Source: the human T2T-CHM13v2.0 reference genome, Homo sapiens. Taken from it: a stretch of DNA of 64,000 nucleotides. Of this stretch, positions 25,801 to 40,200 are shown one piece after another. Each line of letters begins with the position of its first letter. The first letter of the stretch is position 1. The translations under genes were made by a program, and so were the position numbers. Location of the stretch: the NCBI RefSeq assembly GCF_009914755.1, contig NC_060943.1; one strand, given 5' to 3'. The notes under the pieces are model-generated. The model was not told where the DNA came from. It searched no databases and was given only the letters and a program-made list of their open reading frames with translations.

Positions 25801-28800
25801 GCTTTGAGGTCAATTGTAGAAAAGGAAATATCTTCGTATAAAAACTAGACAGAATGATTCTCAGAAACTCCCTTGTGATGTGTGCGTTCAACTCACAGAG
25901 TTTAACCTTTCTTTTCATAGAGCAGTTAGGAAACACTCTGTTTGTAAAGTCTGCAAGTGGATATTCAGACCTCTTTGAGGCCTTCGTTAGAAACGGGTTT
26001 TCTTCATATTATTCTAGACAGAAAAATTCTCAGTAACTTCCTTGTGTTGTGTGTATTCAACTCACAGAGTTGAACGATCATTTACACAGAGCAGACTTGA
26101 AACACTCTTTTTGTGGAATTTGCAAGTGGAGATTTCAGCCGCTTTGAGGTCAATGGTAGAAAAGGAAATATCTTCGTATAAAAACTAGACAGAATGATTC
26201 TGAGAAACTCCTTTGTGATGTGTGCGTTCAACTCACAGAGTTTAACCTTTCTTTTCATAGAGCAGTTAGGAAACACTCTGTTTGTAAAGTCTGCAAGTGG
26301 ATATTCAGACCTCTTTGAGGCCTTCGTTGGAAACGGGATTTCTTCATATTCTGCTAGACAGAAGAATTCTCAGTAACTTCCTTGTGTTGTGTGTATTCAA
26401 CTCACAGAGTTGAACGATCCTTTACACAGAGCAGACTTGAAACACTCTTTTTGTGGAATTTGCAAGTGGAGATTTCAGCCGCTTTGAGGTCAATGGTAGA
26501 ATAGGAAATATCTTCCTATAGAAACTAGACAGAATGATTCTCAGAAACTCCTTTGTGATGTGTGCGTTCAACTCACAGAGTTCAACCTTTCTTTTCATAG
26601 AGCAGTTAGGAGACACTCTGTTTGTAAAGTCTGCAAGTGGATATTCAGACCTCTTTGAGGCCTTCGTTGGAAACGGGTTTTCTTCATATTCTGCTAGAGA
26701 GAAGAATTCTCAGTAAATTCCTGGTGTTGTGTGTATTCAACTCACAGAGTTGAACGATCCTTTACACAGAGCAGACTTGAAACACTCTTTTTGTGGAATT
26801 TGCAAGTGGAGATTTCAGCCGCTTTGAGGTCAATTGTAGAAAAGGAAATATCTTCGTATAGAAACTAGACAGAATGATTCTCAGAAACTCCTTTGTGATG
26901 TGTGCGTTCAACTCACAGAGTTTAACCTTTCTTTTCATAGAGCAGTTAGGAAACACTCTGTTTGTAAAGTCTGCAAGTGGATATTCAGACCTCCTTGAGG
27001 CCTTCGTTTGAAACGGGATTTCTTCATATTATGCAAGACAGAAGAATTCTCAGTAACTTCCTTGTGTTGTGTGTATTCAATTCACAGTGTTGAACGATCC
27101 TTTACACAGAGCATACTTGAAACACTCTTCTTGTGGAATTTGCAAGTGGAGATTTCAGCCGATTTGAGGTCAATGGTAGAATAGGAAATATCTTCGTATA
27201 AAAACTAGACAGAATGATTCTCAGAAACTCCCTTGTGATGTGTGCGTTCAACTCACAGAGTTTAACCTTTCTTTTCATACAGCAGTTAGGAAACACTCTG
27301 TTTGTAAAGTCTGCAAGTGGATATACAGACCTCCTTGAGGCCTTCGTTGGAAACGGGATTTCTTCATATTATGCCAGACAGAAGAATTCTCAGTAACTTC
27401 CTTGTGTTGTGTGTGTTCAACTCACAGAGTTCAACGATGCTTTACACAGAGTAGACTTGAAACACTCTTTTTGTGGAATTTGCAAATGGAGATCTCAGCC
27501 GCTTTGTGGTCAGTAGTAGAAAAGGAAATATCTTCGTATAAAAACTAGACAGAATGATTCTCAGAAACTCCTTTGTGATGTGTGCGCTCAACTCACAGAG
27601 TTTAACCTTTCTTTTCATAGAGCAGTTAGGAAACACTCTGTTTGTAAAGTCTGCAAGTGGATATTCAGACCTCCCTGAAGCCTTCGTAGGAAACGGGATT
27701 TCTTCATATTATGCTAGACAGAAGAATTCTCAGTAACTTCCTTGTGTTGTGTGTATTCAACTCACAGAGTTGAACGATCCTTTACACAGAGCAGACTTGA
27801 AACACTCTTTTTGTGGAATTTGCAAGTGGAGATTTCAGCCGCTTTGAGGTCAATGGTAGAATAGGAAATATCTTCGTATAAAAACTAGACAGAATGATTC
27901 TCAGAAACTCCTTTGTGATGTGTGCGTTCAACTCACAGAGTTTAACCTTTCTTTTCATAGAGCAGTTAGGAAACACTCTGTTTGTAAAGTCTGCAAGTGG
28001 ATATTCAGACCTCTTTGAGGCCATCGTTGGAAACGGGATTTCTTCATATTCTGCTAGAGAGAAGAATTCTCAGTAACTTCCTTGTGTTGTGTGTATTCAA
28101 CTCAAAGAGTTCAACGATCCTTTATACAGAGCAGACTTGAAACACTCTTTTTGTGGAATTTGCAAATGGAGATCTCAGCCGCTTTGTGGTCAGTAGTAGA
28201 AAAGGAAATATCTTCGTATAAAAACTAGACAGAATGATTCTCAGAAACTCCCTTGTGATGTGTGCGTTCAACTCACAGAGTTTAACCTTTCTTTTCATAG
28301 AGCAGTTAGGAAACACTCTGTTTGTAAAGTCTGCAAGTGGATATTCAGACCTCCTTGAGGCCTTCGTTGGAAACGGGATTTCTTCATATTATGCTAGACA
28401 GAAGAATTCTCAGTAACTTCCTTGTGCTGTGTGTATTCAACTCACAGAGTTGAACGATCCTTTACACAGAGCATACTTGAAACACTCTTCTTGTGGAATT
28501 TGCAAGTGGAGATTTCAGCCGCTTTGAGGTCAATGGTAGAATAGGAAATATCTTCCCATAGAAACTAGACAGAATGATTCTCAGAAACTCCTTTGTGATG
28601 TGTGCGTTCAACTCACAGAGTTTAACCTTTCTTTTCATAGAGCAGTTAGGAAACACTCTGTTTGTAAAGTCTGCAAGTGGATATTCAGACCTCTTTGAGG
28701 CCTTCGTTGGAAACGGGATTTCTTCATATTCTGCTAGACACAAGAATTCTCAGTAACTTCCTTGTGTTGTGTGTATTCAACTCACAGAATTGAACGATCC

Positions 28801-29593
28801 TTTACACAGAGCAGACTTGAAACACTCTTTTTGTGGAATTTGCAACTGGAGATTTCAGCCGCTTTGAGGTCAATGGTAGAATAGGAAATATCTTCCTATA
28901 GAAACTAGACAGAATGATTCTCAGAAACTCCTTTGTGATGTGTGCGTTCAACTCACAGAGTTTAACCTTTCTTTCCATAGAGCAGTTAGGAAACACTCTG
29001 TTTGTAAAGTCTGCAAGTGGATATTCAGACCTCTTTGAGGCCTTCGTTGGAAACGGGATTTCTTCATATTATGCTAGACACAAGAATTCTCAGTAACTTC
29101 CTTGTGTTGTGTGTATTCAACTCACAGAGTTGAACGATCTCTTACGCAGAGCAGAGTTGAAACACTCTTTTTCTGGAATTTGCAAGTGGAGATTTCAGCC
29201 GGTTTGAGGTCAATGGTAGAATAGGAAATATCTTCCTATAGAAACTAGACAGAATGATTCTCAGAAACTCCTTTGTGATGTGTGCGTTCAGCTCACAGAG
29301 TTTAACCTTTCTTTTCATAGAGCAGTTAGGAAACACTCTGTTTATAAAGTCTGCAAGTGGATATTCAGACCTCTTTGAGGCCTTCGTTGGAAACGGGATT
29401 TCTTCATATTATGCTAGACAGAAGAATTCTCAGTAACTTCCTTGTGTTGTGTGTATTCAACTCACAGAGTTGAACGATCCTTTACACAGAGCAGACTTGA
29501 AACACTCTTTTTGTGGAATTTGCAAGTGGAGATTTCAGCCGCTTTGAGGTCAATGGTAGAATAGGAAATATCTTCGTATAAAAACTAGACAGA

Positions 29594-32500
29594 ATGATTC
29601 TCAGAAACTCCTTTGTGATGTGTGCGTTCAACTCACAGAGTTTAACCTTTCTTTTCATAGAGCAGTTAGGAAACACTCTGTTTGTAAAGTCTGCAAGTGG
29701 ATATTCAGACCTCTTTGAGGCCATCGTTGGAAACGGGATTTCTTCATATTCTGCTAGAGAGAAGAATTCTCAGTAACTTCCTTGTGTTGTGTGTATTCAA
29801 CTCAAAGAGTTCAACGATCCTTTCTACAGGGCAGACTTGAAACACTCTTTTTGTGGAATTTGCAAGTGGAGATCTCAGCCGCTTTGTGGTCAATAGTAGA
29901 AAAGGAAATATCTTCGTATAAAAACTAGACAGAATGATTCTCAGAAACTCCCTTGTGATGTGTGCGTTCAACTCACAGAGTTTAACCTTTCTTTTCATAG
30001 AGCAGTTAGGAAACACTCTGTTTGTAAAGTCTGCAAGTGGATATTCAGACTTCTTTGAGGCCTTCGTTGGAAACGGGATTTCTTCATATTCTGCTAGACA
30101 GAAGAATTCTCAGTAACTTCCTTGTGTTGTGTGTATTCAACGCACAGAGTTGAACGATCCTTTACACAGAGCATACTTGAAACACTCTTCTTGCGGAATT
30201 TGCAAGTGGAGATTTCAGCCGCTTTGAGGTCAATGGTAGAATAGGAAATATCTTCCTATAGAAACTAGACAGAATGATTCTGAGAAACTCCTTTGTGATG
30301 TGTGCGTTCAACTCACAAGTTTAACCTTTCTTTTCATAGAGCAGTTAGGAGACACTCTGTTTGTAAATTCTGCAAGTGGATATTCAGACCTCTTTGAGGC
30401 CTTCATTGGAAACGGGATTTCTTCATATTATGCTAGACAGAAGAATTCTCAGTAACTTCCTTGTGTTGTGTGTATTCAACTCACAGAGTTGAACGATCCT
30501 TTACACAGAGCAGCCTTGAAACACTCTTTTTGTGGAATTTGCAAGTGGAGATTTCAGCCGCTTTGAGGTCAATTGTTGAAAAGGAAATATCTTCGTATAA
30601 AAACTAGACAGAATGATTCTCAGAAACTCCTTTGTGATGTGTGCGTTCAACTCACAGAGTTTAACCTTTCTTTTCATAGAGCAGTTAAGAAACACTCTGT
30701 TTGTAAAGTCTGCAAGTGGATATTCAGACCTCTTTGAGGCCTTCGTTGGAAACGGGATTTCTTCATATTCTGCTAGAGAGAAGAATTCTCAGTAACTTCC
30801 TTGTGTTGTGTGTATTCAACTCACAGAGTTCAACGATCCTTTACAGAGAGCAGACTTGAAACACTCTTTTTGTGGAATTTGCAAGTGGAGCTTTCAGCCG
30901 CTTTGAGGTCAATGGTAGAAAAGGAAACATCTTCGTATAAAAACTAGACAGAATGATTCTCAGAAACTCCTTTGTGATGTGTGCGTTCAACTCACAGAGT
31001 TTAACCTTTCTTTTCATAGAGCAGTTAGGAAACACTGTGTTTGTAAAGTCTGCAAGTGGATATTCAGACCTCCTTGAGGCCTTCGTTGGAAACGGGATTT
31101 CTTCATATTATGCTAGACAGAAGAATTCTCAGTAACTTCCTTGTGTTGTGTGTATTCAACTCACAGAGTTGAACGATCCTTTACACAGAGCATACTTGAA
31201 ACACTCTTCTTGTGGAATGTGCAAGTGGAGATTTCAGCCGCTTTGAGGTCCATGGTAGAATAGGAAATATCTTCCTATAGAAACTAGACAGAATTATTCT
31301 CAGAAACTCCTTTGTGATGTGTGCGTTCAACTCACAGAGTTTAACCTTTCTTTTCATAGAGCAGTTAGGAAACACTCTGTTTGTAAGGTCTGCAAGTGGA
31401 TATTCAGAGATCCTTGAGGCCTTCTTTGGAAACGGGATTTCTTCATATTATGCTGGACAGAAGAATTCTCAGTAATTTCCTTGTGTTGTGTGTATTCAAC
31501 TCACAGAGTTGAACGATCCTTTACACAGAGCAGACTTGAAACACTCTTTTTGTGGAATTTGCAAGGAGATTTCAGCCGCTTTGAGGTCAATGGTAGAATA
31601 GGAAATATGTACCTATAGAAACTAGACAGAATGATTCTCAGAAACTCCTTTGTGATGTGTGCGTTCAACTCACAGAGGTTAACCTTTCTTTTCATAGAGC
31701 AGTTAGGAAACACTCTGTTTGTAAAGTCTGCAAGTGGATATGCAGACCTCCTTGAGGCCTTTGTTGGAACGGGATTTCTTCATATTATGCTATACAGAAG
31801 AATTCTCAGAAACTTCCTTGTGTTGTGTGTATTCAACTCACAGAGTTGAACGATCCTTTACACAGAGCATTCTTGAAACACTCTTCTTGTGGAATTTGCA
31901 AGTGGAGATTTCAGCCGCTTTGAGGTCAATGGTAGAATAGGAAATATCTTCCTATAGAAACTAGACAGAATGATTCTCAGAAACTCCTTTGTGATGTGTG
32001 CGCTCAACTCACAGAGTTTAACCTTTCTTTTCATAGAGCAGTTAGGAAACACTCTGTTTGTAAAGTCTGTAAGTGGATATTCAGACCTCTTTGAGGCCTT
32101 CGTTGGAAACGGGATTTCTTCATATTATGCTAGACAGAAGAATTCTCAGTAACTTCCTTGTGTTGTGTGTATTCAACTCACAGAGTTGAACGATCCTTTA
32201 CACAGAGCAGACTTGAAACACTCTTTTTCTGGAATTTGCAAGTGGAGATTTCAGCCGATTTGAGGTCAATGGTAGAATAGGAAATATCTTCCCATAGAAA
32301 CTAGACAGAATGATTCTCAGAAACTCCTTTGTGATGTGTGCGTTCAACTCACAGAGTTTAACCTTTCTTTTCATAGAGCAGTTAGGAAACACTCTGTTTG
32401 TAAAGTCTGCAAGTGGATATTCAGACCTCTTTGAGGCCTTCGTTGGAAACGGGATTTCTTCATATTGTGCTAGACACAAGAATTCTCAGTAACTTCCTTG

Positions 32501-34200
32501 TGTTGTGTGTATTCAACTCACAGAGTTGAACAATCCTTTACACAGAGCAGACTTGAACCACTCTTTTTGTGGAATTTGCAAGTGGAGATTTCAGCCGCTT
32601 TGAGGTCAATGGTAGAATAGGAAATATCTTCCTATAGAAACTAGACAGAATGATTCTCAGAAACTCCTTTGTGAAGTGTGCGTTCAACTCACAGAGTTTA
32701 ACCTTTCTTTCCATAGAGCAGTTAGGAAACACTCTGTTTATAATGTCTGCAAGTGGATATTCAGACCTCTTTGAGGCCTTCGTTGGAAACGGGATTTCTT
32801 CATATTATGCTAGACAGAAGAATTCTCAGTAACTTCCTTGTGTTGTGTGTATTCAACCCACAGAGTTGAACGATCCTTTACACAGAGCATACTTGGAACA
32901 CTCTTCTTGTGGAATTTGCAAGTGGAGATTTCAGCCGCTTTGAGATCAATGGTAGAATAGGAAATATCTTCCTATAAAAACTAGACAGAATGATTCTCAG
33001 AAACTCCTTTGTGATGTGTGCGTTCAACTCACAGAGTTTAACCTTTCTTTTCATAGAGCAGTTAGGAAACACTCTGTTTGTAAAGTCTGCAAGTGGATAT
33101 TCAGACCTCTTTGAGGCCATCGTTGGAAACGGGATTTCTTCATATTCTGCTAGAGAGAAGAATTCTCAGTAACTTCCTTGTGTTGTGTGTATTCAACTCA
33201 AAGAGTTCAACGATCCTTTCTACAGGGCAGACTTGAAACACTCTTTTTGTGGAATTTGCAAGTGGAGATCTCAGCCGCTTTGTGGTCAATAGTAGAAAAG
33301 GAAATATCTTCGTATAAAAACTAGACAGAATGATTCTCAGAAACTCCCTTGTGATGTGTGCGTTCAACTCACAGAGTTTAACCTTTCTTTTCATAGAGCA
33401 GTTAGGAAACACTCTGTTTGTAAAGTCTGCAAGTGGATATTCAGACTTCTTTGAGGCCTTCGTTGGAAACGGGATTTCTTCATATTCTGCTAGACAGAAG
33501 AATTCTCAGTAACTTCCTTGTGTTGTGTGTATTCAACGCACAGAGTTGAACGATCCTTTACACAGAGCATACTTGAAACACTCTTCTTGCGGAATTTGCA
33601 AGTGGAGATTTCAGCCGCTTTGAGGTCAATGGTAGAATAGGAAATATCTTCCTATAGAAACTAGACAGAATGATTCTGAGAAACTCCTTTGTGATGTGTG
33701 CGTTCAACTCACAAGTTTAACCTTTCTTTTCATAGAGCAGTTAGGAGACACTCTGTTTGTAAATTCTGCAAGTGGATATTCAGACCTCTTTGAGGCCTTC
33801 ATTGGAAACGGGATTTCTTCATATTATGCTAGACAGAAGAATTCTCAGTAACTTCCTTGTGTTGTGTGTATTCAACTCACAGAGTTGAACGATCCTTTAC
33901 ACAGAGCAGCCTTGAAACACTCTTTTTGTGGAATTTGCAAGTGGAGATTTCAGCCGCTTTGAGGTCAATTGTTGAAAAGGAAATATCTTCGTATAAAAAC
34001 TAGACAGAATGATTCTCAGAAACTCCTTTGCGATGTGTGCGTTCAACTCACAGAGTTTAACCTTTCTTTTCATAGAGCAGTTAGGAAACACTCTGTTTGT
34101 AAAGTCTGCAAGTGGATATTCAGACCTCTTTGAGGCCTTCGTTGGAAACGGGATTTCTTCATATTCTGCTAGAGAGAAGAATTCTCAGTAACTTCCTTGT
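29594..34200 (+). repeat. Dispersed duplication of a ~1.2-kb block (29594-~30800 and 32990-~34200), offset 3,396 bp
   Basis: Both copies share TTTCTACAGGG, CAACGCACAG, TTGCGGAA, the 1-bp deletion CACAAGTT (~30318/~33714) and CAGCCTTGAA. Confidence 0.9.
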
Positions 34201-37200
34201 GTTGTGTGTATTCAACTCACAGAGTTGAACGATCCTTTACACAGAGCAGACTTGAAACACTCTTTTTGTGGAATTTGCAAGTGGAGATTTCAGCCGCTTT
34301 GAGGTCAATGGTAGAAAAGGAAATATCTTCGTATAAAAACTAGACAGAATGATTCTCAGAAACTCCTTTGTGATGTGTGCGTTCAACTCACAGAGTTTAA
34401 CCTTTCTTTTCATAGAGCAGTTAGGAAACACTCTGTTTGTAAAGTCTGCGAGTGGATATTCAGAGCTCCTTGAGGCCTTCTTTGGAAACGGGATTTCTTC
34501 ATATTATGCTAGACAGAAGAATTCTCAGTAATTTCCTTGTGTTGTGTGTATTCAACTCACAGTGTTGAACGATCCTTTACACAGAGCAGACTTGAAACAC
34601 TCTTTTTGTGGAATTTGCAAGGAGATTTCAGCCGCTTTGAGGTCAATGGTAGAATAGGAAATATGTACCTATAGAAACTAGACAGAATGATTCTCAGAAA
34701 CTCCTTTGTGATGTGTGCGTTCAACTCACAGAGGTTAACCTTTCTTTTCATAGAGCAGTTAGGAAACACTCTGTTTGTAAAGTCTGCAAGTGGATATTCA
34801 GACCTCCTTGAGGCCTTCGTTGGAAACGGGATTTCTTCATATTATGCTAGACAGAAGAATTCTCAGTAACTTCCTTGTGTTGTGTGTATTCAAGTCACAG
34901 AGTTGAACGATCCTTTACACAGAGCAGACTTGAAACACTCTCTTTGTGGAATTTGCAAGGAGATTTCAGCCGCTTTGAGGTCAATGGTAGAATATGAAAT
35001 ATCTACCTATAGAAACTAGACAGAATGATTCTCAGAAACTCCTTTGTGATGTGTGCGTTCAACTCACAGAGTTTAACCTTTCTTTTCATAGAGCAGTTAG
35101 GAAACACTCTGTTTGTAAGGTCTGCAAGTGGATATTCAGACATCTTTGAGGCTTTCGTTGCAAACGGGTTTTCTTCATATTCTGCTACACAGAAGAATTC
35201 TCAGAAACTTCCTTGTGTTGTGTGATTTCAACTCACAGAGTTGAACGATGCTTTACACAGAGTAGACTTGAAACACTCTTTTTGTGGAATTTGCAAGTGG
35301 AGATTTCAGCCGCTTTGTGGTCAATGGTTGAAAAGGAAATATCTTCGTATAAAAACTAGACAGAATGATTCTCCGAAACTCCTTTGTGATGTGTGCGTAC
35401 AACTCACAGAGTTTAACCTTTCTTTTCATAGAGCAGTTAGGAAACACTCTGTTTGTAAAGTCTGCAAGTGGATATTCAGACCTCTTTGAGGCCTTCGTTG
35501 GAAACGGGATTTCTTCATATTCTGCTAGACAGAAGAATTCTCAGCAACTTCCTTGTGTTGTGTGTATTCAACTCACAGAGTTCAACGATCCTTTACACAG
35601 AGCAGACTTGAAACACTCTTTTTGTGGAATTTGCAAGTGGAGATTTCAGCCGCTATGAGGTCAATGGTAGAAAAGGAAATATCTTCGTATAAAAACTAGA
35701 CAGAATGATTCTCAGAAACTCCTTTTTGATGTGTGCGTTCAACTTACAGAGTTTAACCTTTCTCTGCATAGAGCAGTTAGGAAACACCCTGTTTGTAAAG
35801 TCTGCAAGTGGATATTCAGACCTCCTTGAGGCCTTCGTTGGAAACGGGATTTCTTCATATTATGCTAGATAGAAGAATTCTCAGTAACTTCCTTGTGTTG
35901 TGTGTATTCAACTCACAGAGTTGAACGATCCTTTACACAGAGCATACTTGAAACACTCTTCTTGTGGAATTTGCAAATGGAGATTTCAGCCGCTTTGAGG
36001 TCCATGGTAGAATAGGAAATATCTTCCTATAGAAACTAGACAGAATGATTCTCAGAAACTCCTTTGTGATGTGTGCGTTCAACTCACAGAGTTTAACCTT
36101 TCTTTTCATAGAGCAGTTAGGAAACACTCTGTTTGTAAAGTCTGCAAGTGGATATTCAGACCTCCTTGAGGCCTTCTTTGGAAACGGTATTTCTTCATAT
36201 TATGCTAGACAGAAGAATTCTCAGTAACTTCCTTGTGTTGTGTGTATTCAAGTCACAGAGTTGAACGATCCTTCACACAGAGCAGACTTGAAACACTCTC
36301 TTTGTGGAATTTGCAAGGAGATTTCAGCCGCTTTGAGGTCAATGGTAGAATATGAAATATCTACCTATAGAAACTAGACAGAATGATTCTCAGAAACTCC
36401 TTTGTGATGTGTGCGTTCAACTCACAGAGTTTAACCTTTCTTTTCATAGAGCAGTTAGGAAACACTCTGTTTGTAAGGTCTGCAAGTGGATATTCAGACA
36501 TCTTTGAGGCTTTCGTTGGAAAAGGGTTTTCTTCATATTCTGCTATACAGAAGAATTCTCAGAAACTTCCTTGTGTTGTGTAATTTCAACTCACAGAGTT
36601 GAACGATGCTTTACACAGAGTAGACTTGAAACACTCTTTTTGTGGAATTTGCAAGTGGAGATTTCAGCCGCTTTGAGGTCAATTTTTGAAAAGGAAATAT
36701 CTTCGTATAAAAACTAGACAGAATGATTCTCAGAAACTCCTTTGTGATGTGTGTGTTCAACTCACAGAGTTTAACCTTTCTTTTCATAGAGCAGTTAGGA
36801 AACACTCTGTTTGTAAAGTCTGCAAGTGGATATTCAGACCTCTTTGAGGCCTTCGTTGGAAAAGGGATTTCTTCATATTCTGCTAGAGAGAAGAATTCTC
36901 AGTAACTTCCTTGTGTTGTGTGTATTCAACTCACAGAGTTGAACGATCCTTTACACAGAGCAGACTTGAAACACTCTTTTTGTGGAATTTGCAAGTGGAG
37001 ATTTCAGCCGCTTTGAGGTCAATGGTAGAAAAGGAAATATCTTCGTATAAAAACTAGACAGAATGATTCTCAGAAACTCCTTTGTGATGTGTGCGTTCAA
37101 CTCACAGAGTTTAACCTTACTTTTCATAGAGCAGTTAGGAAACACTGTGTTTGTAAAGTCTGCAAGTGGATATTCAGACCTCCTTGAGGCCTTCGTTGGA

Positions 37201-40200
37201 AACGGGATTTCTTCATATTATGCTACACAGAAGAATTCTCAGTAACTTCCTTGTGTTGTGTGTATTCAACTCACAGAGTTGAACGATCCTTTACACAGAG
37301 CAGACTTGAAACACTCTTTTTGTGGAATTTGCAAGTGGAGATTTCAGCCGCTTTGAGGTCAATTGTAGAAAACGAAATATCTTCGTATAAAAACTAGACA
37401 GAATGATTCTCAGAAACTCCTTTGTGATGTGTGCGTTCAACTCACAGAGTTTAACCTTCCTTTTCATAGAGCAGTTAGGAAACACTCTGTTTGTAAAGTC
37501 TGCAAGTGGATATTCAGACCTCCTTGAGGCCTTCGTTGGAAACGGGATTTCTTCATATTATGCTAGACAGAAGAATTCTCAGAAACTTCCTTGTGTTGTG
37601 TGATTTCAACTCACAGAGTTGAACGATCCTTTACACAGAGCAGACTTGAAACACTCTTTTTGTGGAATTTGCAAGTGGAGATTTCAGCCGCTTTGAGGTC
37701 AATGGTAGAATAGGAAATATCTTCCTATAGAAACTAGACAGAATGATTCTCAGAAACTCCTTTGTGATGTGTGCGTTCAACTCACAGAGTTTAACCTTTC
37801 TTTTCATAGAGCAGTTAGGAAACACTCTGTTTGTAAAGTCTGCTAGTGGATATTCAGACCTCCTTGAGGCCTTCGTTGGAAACGGGATTTCTTCATATTA
37901 TGCTAGACAGAAGAATTCTCAGTGACTTCCTTGTGTTGTGTGTATTCAACTCACAGAGTTGAACGATCCTTTACACAGAGCAGACTTGAAACACTCTTTT
38001 TGTGGAATTTGCAAGTGGAGATTTCAGCCGCTTTGAGGTCAATGGTAGAATAGCAAATATCTTCCTATAGAAACTAGACAGAATGATTCTCAGAAACTCC
38101 TTTGTGATGTGTGCGTTCAACTCACAGAGTTTAACCTTTCTTTTCATAGAGCAGTTAGGAAACACTCTGTTTGTAAAGTATGCAAGTGGATATTCAGACC
38201 TCTTTGAGGTCTTCGTTGGAAACGGGATTTCTTCATATTCTGCTAGACAGAAGAATTCTGAGTAACTTCCTTGTGTTGTGTGTATTCAACTCACAGAGTT
38301 CAACGATCCTTTACACAGAGCAGACTAGAAACACCATTTTGTGGAATTTGCAAGTGGAGATTTCAGCCGCTTTGAGGTCAATTGTAGAAAAGGAAATATC
38401 TTCGTATAAAAACTAGACAGAATGATTCTCAGAAACTCCTTTAGTGATGTGTGCATTCAACTCACAGAGTTTAACCTTTCTTTTCATAGAGCAGTTAGGA
38501 AACACTCTGTTTGTAAAGTCTGCAAGTGGATATTCAGACCTCCTTGAGGCCTTCGTTGGAAACGGGATTTCTTCATATTATGCTACACAGAAGAATTCTC
38601 AGTAACTTCCTTGTTTTGTGTGTATTCAACTCACAGAGTTGAACGATCCTTTACACAGAGCATACTTGAAACACTCTTCTTGTGGAATTTGCAAGTGGAG
38701 ATTTCAACCGCTTTGAGGTCAATGGTAGAATAGGAAATATCTTCCTATAGAAACTAGACAGAATGATTCTCAGAAACTCCTTTGTGATGTGTGCGTTCAA
38801 CTCACAGAGTTTAACCTTTCTTTTCATAGAGCAGTTAGGAAACACTCTGTTTGTAAAGTCTGCAAGTGGATATTCAGACCTCCTTGAGGCCTTCTTTGGA
38901 GACGGGATTTCTTCATATTATGCTAGACAGAAGAATTCTCAGTAACTTCCTTGTGTTGTGTGTATTCAACTCACAGAGTTGAACGATCCTTTACCAAAGC
39001 AGACTTGAAACACTCTTTTTGTGGAATTTGCAAGTGGAGATTTCAGCCGCTTTGAGGTCAATTGTAGAATAGGAAATATCTTCCTATAGAAACTAGACAG
39101 AATGATTCTCAGAAACTCTTTTGTGATGTGTGCGTACAACTCACAGAGTTTAACCTTTCTTTTCATAGAGCAGTTAGGAAACACTCTGTTTGTAAAGTCT
39201 GCAAGTGGATATTCAGACATCTTTGAGGCTTTCGTTGGAAACGGGATTTCTTCATATTCTGCTAGACAGAAGAATTCTCAGAAACTTCCTTGTGTTGTGT
39301 GTTTTCACCTCACAGAGTTGAACGATGCTTTACACAGAGTAGACATGAAACACTCTTTTTGTGGAATTTGCAAGTGGAGATTTCAGCCGCTTTGAGGTCA
39401 ATGGTAGAAAAGGAAATATCTTCGTATAAAAACTAGACAGAATGATTCTCAGAAACTCCTTTGTGATGTGGGCGTTCAACTCACAGAGTTTAACCTTTCT
39501 TTTCATAGAGCAGTTAGGAAACACTCTGTTTGTAAAGTCTGCAAGTGGATATTCAGACCTCCTTGAGGCCTTCGTTGGAAACGGGATTTCTTCATATTAT
39601 GCTAGACAGAAGAATTCTCAGTAACTTCCTTGTGTTGTGTGTATTCAACTCACAGAGTTGAACGATGCTTTACACAGAGCATACTTGAAACACTCTTCTT
39701 GTGGAATTTGCAAGTGGAGATTTCAGCCGCTTTGAGGTCCATGGTAGAATAGGAAATATCTTCCTATAGAAACTAGACAGAATGATTCTCAGAAACTCCT
39801 TTGTGATGTGTGTGTTCAACTCACAGAGTTTAACCTTTCTTTTCATAGAGCAGTTAGGAAACACTCTGTTTGTAAAGTCTGCAAGTGGATATTCAGACCT
39901 CTTTGAGGCCTTCGTTGGAAACGGGATTTCTTCATATTCTGCTAGACAGAAGATTTCTCAGTAACTTCCTTGTGTTGTGTGTATTCAACTCACAGAGTTC
40001 AACGATCCTTTACAGAGAGCAGACTTGAAACACTCTTTTTGTGGAATTTGCAAGTGGAGATTTCAGCCGCTTTGAGGTCAATGGTTGAATAGGAAATATC
40101 TTCCTATAGAAACTAGACAGAATGATTCTCAGAAACTCCTTTGTGATGTGTGCGTTCAACTCACAGAGTTTAACCTTTCTTTTCATAGAGCAGTTAGGAA

